From a bacterium (lineage in GTDB: Bacteria > UBA8248): 64,000 bases of DNA. Below, piece after piece: positions 60,895-64,000 of the stretch. Position 1 is the first letter of the stretch; the number at the start of each line of letters is the position of its first letter. The translations under genes were made by a program, and so were the position numbers. A model generated the notes under the pieces. It ran no database searches. It saw only the letters and a list, made by a program, of their open reading frames with translations, and had not been told where the DNA came from. The stretch lies in the NCBI GenBank assembly GCA_965200245.1, contig CBDATS010000015.1:32001-96000 (forward strand), in the 5' to 3' direction.

Positions 60895-61577
60895 TGAGGC
60901 GATTTTTCTCCGTCTTCCTTGCGGTGGTGGAAAAGGATATGCGCCTGGAATGGCGGACGAGGGAGAGCCTCCTCATAATGGTGGTTTTCGCGCTGCTCGT
61001 ACTCACGCTTTTCAGCTTTGCCTTCGGTCCTGGAGGGGGAAGCGGGGAGGACGCCCCCGCCTTGCAAGCTGGAATCTTGTGGATATCGTTCCTTTTCGCC
61101 AGTGTCATCGGGCTGTCACGTACCGTGAGCGTCGAGCGCGAGAGCGCGGGTTTTTCGGCCATGTATGCAAGCCCTGCCGATCCTTCCGCACTGTATCTGG
61201 GCAAAGTGACTTCGGCGGCCGTTTTGATGGGGATCATGGAGTTGTTCGGTTTCGCCGTCTTGGCCGTTCTCTACCAAGCGGACGTGTGGAAATCGGCAGG
61301 CGCGCTTGCGATCATCGCCGCTTGCGCAACCCTCGGAATCGCTGCCGCCGGCGCCCTTTTCTCCGCTATGAGCGCGCACACGCGCGAGGTATTGCTGCCC
61401 ATCTTGATGTTTCCCGTTCTCGTGCCCGTTTTAATCGCCGCCGTCAAGGGGACCGAAGCCCATCTCGGCGGAGGGGGATGGGCGGATTCGAGGGATTGGA
61501 TTCGATTGATGTTGGTGTATGATGTGGTATTCTTGGTGGCCGCCTCTATGGTTTATGAATACATATTAGAAGAATAA
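60891..61577 (+). CDS. ccmB: Heme exporter membrane protein B
   Basis: KDMRLEWR, GILW, REVLLPIL.FP. Confidence 0.9.
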   Translation: MMRRFFSVFLAVVEKDMRLEWRTRESLLIMVVFALLVLTLFSFAFGPGGGSGEDAPALQAGILWISFLFASVIGLSRTVSVERESAGFSAMYASPADPSALYLGKVTSAAVLMGIMELFGFAVLAVLYQADVWKSAGALAIIAACATLGIAAAGALFSAMSAHTREVLLPILMFPVLVPVLIAAVKGTEAHLGGGGWADSRDWIRLMLVYDVVFLVAASMVYEYILEE

Positions 61578-61660
61578 TGTCAGTAGTTTATGATGATATA
61601 TCTGTTAAATCACTTTATATCCGAAAGCCGCCGTTTCCGCCTCACTGGAAGGAATGTCTG

Positions 61661-62356
61661 ATGGATCGAAAAGAACGGGGCGTGTTCGGCTGGCTGCCGG
61701 TTTTCACCCTGATTGTTCTCGCTTTCGCCATATATGCGGATTTGTTTATTGCAGGGACCGACAGGCTCCAGGGTACGCCTCAGCGAATTTTCTATATCCA
61801 TGTGCCGTCGGCCTGGGTAGCGTTTTTCGCCTTTTTTCTTGTGTTCATCTTCTCGATCAAGTATCTCGTCACGCGAAACCACGACGATGACATCCGGGCG
61901 CATGCCTGCGCGGAGGCGGGGGTCGTCTTTTGCACGTTGGTGCTGATCACGGGGCCCATCTGGGCACGACCGGTTTGGGGCATATGGTGGACATGGGACG
62001 CAAGGCTAACCACCACGCTCATCCTGTGGATGATATACGTGGGATATCTCATGTTGCGTGCCTACATGACGGAACCTGAACAAAGGGCGCGCTTTGCCGC
62101 CGTAATGGGAATCGTCGGTTTTTTGAACGTGCCCATCGTCCACATGTCGGTTGAATGGTGGCGCACGTTACATCCCAAGCCTGTGGTGATGCGCTCGGGC
62201 GGATTGCGGGACTTGCCCGACTCCATGCACATCGCCTTGTGGAGTTCCTTGCTCGCCTTTACGCTCCTTTTCGTTTGCTTCGCCAGAAAGCGCGCGCAAA
62301 TCGAGCTTCTGAAGTCGCGGGTGGAAGAGGCGCGCGCCATACAGGAGGGAACATGA
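61661..62356 (+). CDS. ccmC: Heme exporter protein C
   Basis: IFYIHVP, WARPVWGIWWTWDARLT, WWRTLHP; ATG 61661. Confidence 0.94.
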   Translation: MDRKERGVFGWLPVFTLIVLAFAIYADLFIAGTDRLQGTPQRIFYIHVPSAWVAFFAFFLVFIFSIKYLVTRNHDDDIRAHACAEAGVVFCTLVLITGPIWARPVWGIWWTWDARLTTTLILWMIYVGYLMLRAYMTEPEQRARFAAVMGIVGFLNVPIVHMSVEWWRTLHPKPVVMRSGGLRDLPDSMHIALWSSLLAFTLLFVCFARKRAQIELLKSRVEEARAIQEGT

Positions 62357-62487
62357 TGGGCTACGTTACGGCAGCGTACATCGTCGTTTTGGGCGGGTTT
62401 GCGATTTATTGGTGGACTCTCAAGGCGCGAATGGATAATTTGGTCGAGGAGGAGAAACAACAAAAGTCTCAGAGGGATTCCCCATGA
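62353..62487 (+). CDS. ccmD: Heme exporter protein D (small membrane protein)
   Basis: RBS GGAGG; MMGYVTAAY + TM + charged tail; overlaps the ccmC stop and ccmH start. Confidence 0.75.
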   Translation: MMGYVTAAYIVVLGGFAIYWWTLKARMDNLVEEEKQQKSQRDSP

Positions 62488-62972
62488 TGCGCTTTTGTCT
62501 CGCCTTGTGCCTGGTGCTTGCATTCTGCGCGCTTTCGGAGGCGAAGGTCGCCACGCCGGGAGCCAAGACGACTTTCTCCGAAGTGGCGGGGGAGCTCATG
62601 AGTCCCGTCTGCCCGGGAAAACTGCTCCACGATTGCCCGAGCAGCGAGGGCGCCCAACTCCGCGAACTCGTTCGCCGCAAGATATTCGCCGGGGAAACGA
62701 AAGAGCAAATCGTCCGGTATTTTGTCGAGGTATACGGCCGGGAAGTCCTTCCGAAACCACCGGCGCAAGGATTCTATCTCACTGCCTGGCTTCTTCCATT
62801 CGGGGGCGTGTTGGCGGGGTTCGGCGTGGTGTTCGTGCTTGTCAGAACCTGGACGAGACGTCCCGAAGAGGTCGAACAAAGCGAGGGGAACTCCGGAGTT
62901 GCGCCACACGCCACGACGGAAGATCTCCTGGAGAGTCGCCTCAGGCGCGAACTGGGGGATTTCGAAGGTTGA
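62484..62972 (+). CDS. ccmH: Cytochrome c biogenesis protein CcmH (variant Cys spacing)
   Basis: LMSPVCPGKLLHDCPS, I..YFVE.YG..VL..PP..G, WLLP. Confidence 0.85.
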   Translation: MMRFCLALCLVLAFCALSEAKVATPGAKTTFSEVAGELMSPVCPGKLLHDCPSSEGAQLRELVRRKIFAGETKEQIVRYFVEVYGREVLPKPPAQGFYLTAWLLPFGGVLAGFGVVFVLVRTWTRRPEEVEQSEGNSGVAPHATTEDLLESRLRRELGDFEG

Positions 62973-63006
62973 GCCGCCACGTACTCCGCACGATGGGAGT
63001 CAGTAA

Positions 63007-63690
63007 ATGAAATACAATCCCAAAGCCGAATTCGCCAGAAATCTGGATGGACTCTCAGCACCTCGCCGGAGCATCACGTGGCGGCTCATCGGAATGTGTG
63101 TCAGCCTCGTTCTTGTCGTCTGGGTAATGGTGTATTTCGGCTCTCAGGGAGAGACGCCGACGCGTTCGGTGGTGAAGAAACAGGAACAGGCCAGACAGGC
63201 GAATCTCATGGGGGATGACGCCTCCCTGTACCGCGACATGAGCTTTCTCAAACAGGCGAAGCGTTCCGTGGCCCCGGACGTGATACTGAAAACACTGGAC
63301 GGGCAGAATCATTCTCTGAAACAGCACGCGGGCAAGCTCGTTCTGGTGAATTTCTGGGCGACCTGGTGCCAGCCCTGTATCCGGGAAATGCCCTCGATGG
63401 AGAGGCTGTATGCGCGGCACAAGCCACACGGTTTCGAGATCGTGGCGATATCGCTGGACCAAGGCAATGAGCAGGAAGTGCGCGAATTCGCTTCGAAGCT
63501 AAATCTGACGTTCCCCATCATCCTCGATCCCGATCACAAGGCCAAAGCACTCTATAAGGTGCGGGGCCTGCCGACGACCTATCTCCTGGACAGAAAAGGC
63601 CAGGTGGCCGGCTACGGCGTGGGACCCCGCGAATGGGACAGCGAGGCGGCCTTCGCCTTGGTGGGACATCTGCTTGATGAGAAAATCTGA
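63007..63690 (+). CDS. TlpA/ResA/CcmG-like thiol:disulfide oxidoreductase
   Basis: TM anchor, NFWATWCQPCIREMP, GLPTT. Confidence 0.92.
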   Translation: MKYNPKAEFARNLDGLSAPRRSITWRLIGMCVSLVLVVWVMVYFGSQGETPTRSVVKKQEQARQANLMGDDASLYRDMSFLKQAKRSVAPDVILKTLDGQNHSLKQHAGKLVLVNFWATWCQPCIREMPSMERLYARHKPHGFEIVAISLDQGNEQEVREFASKLNLTFPIILDPDHKAKALYKVRGLPTTYLLDRKGQVAGYGVGPREWDSEAAFALVGHLLDEKI

Positions 63691-63694
63691 GCAT

Positions 63695-64000
63695 ATGGAA
63701 GTCTCCAAAAGCCCGGGTTCCGATCAGAGAAACGCGAAGCGTTTGGCCATATCGTTCATTCTGGCGCCTTTGCTGTTGACGCTGCTGTGGGCGGTGGGCG
63801 AGCGGCTTATGACCGAACGTGTGCAGGAGGCGCCTGCGCCCAATCTGGAAATCGGCGGTCGGGCACCCGATTTCGAATTTCCGGTTCTGGGCGGGGGACG
63901 CGTCTCTCTTTCAGGCCAAAAGAAAAAAGTGGTGCTCATCAACGTGTGGGCCACGTGGTGCGTCCCTTGTCTGGACGAGATGCCGGATTTGCAGCGACTC
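63695..64000 (+). CDS. Second TlpA-like thiol:disulfide oxidoreductase, partial
   Basis: Not in ORF track; ATG 63695, TM, APDF, NVWATWCVPCLDEMPDLQRL to the window edge. Confidence 0.88.
   Translation, partial: MEVSKSPGSDQRNAKRLAISFILAPLLLTLLWAVGERLMTERVQEAPAPNLEIGGRAPDFEFPVLGGGRVSLSGQKKKVVLINVWATWCVPCLDEMPDLQRL

Noticed and set aside
1-64000. CRISPR arrays, tRNA, rRNA, intact transposase or integrase
   Set aside because: No regularly spaced repeats, cloverleaf or rRNA signatures, or DDE/tyrosine recombinase motifs were seen by eye; tRNAscan/Infernal would be needed to exclude them fully

Overview
A GC-rich bacterial chromosomal window, probably from an uncultured, cytochrome-rich organism; the NHLP peptide, TbpB-like lipoprotein and many pseudogenes hint at a host-associated lifestyle (inference only). 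Left to right: (1) a partial membrane-anchored multiheme cytochrome c missed by the ORF track; (2) a tight four-gene minus-strand operon of unknown function (ATP-grasp, DUF1611-like P-loop protein, second divergent ATP-grasp, nucleotide-transporter/HEAT/cNMP fusion), facing a peptide ABC transporter and an HDAC-family deacetylase, which is the best candidate for an undescribed system; (3) HtrA, CopA, CopZ; (4) a lower-GC island of decayed defence genes (frameshifted MTase, split Mrr, REase fragment, broken Phd/ParE), preceded by a promoter, palindrome and structured element; (5) a Bcr/CflA pump and catabolic genes; (6) DUF3090-SCO1664, a repeat lipoprotein and IMPase; (7) UxaA/SuyAB-like lyase subunits flanked by two Ldh_2 dehydrogenases, with an orphan NHLP RiPP precursor whose predicted core is only YWM; (8) Zn-ADH, SDR, OYE, a Liv-type ABC transporter and a frameshifted triple-Rid protein; (9) a delta-9 desaturase with a long amphipathic tail, ilvC and a nonsense-inactivated TbpB-like lipoprotein; (10) a variant cytochrome c maturation operon. 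I recognised no rRNA, tRNA, CRISPR array or intact transposase. All family calls come from reading motifs by eye, not from database searches.
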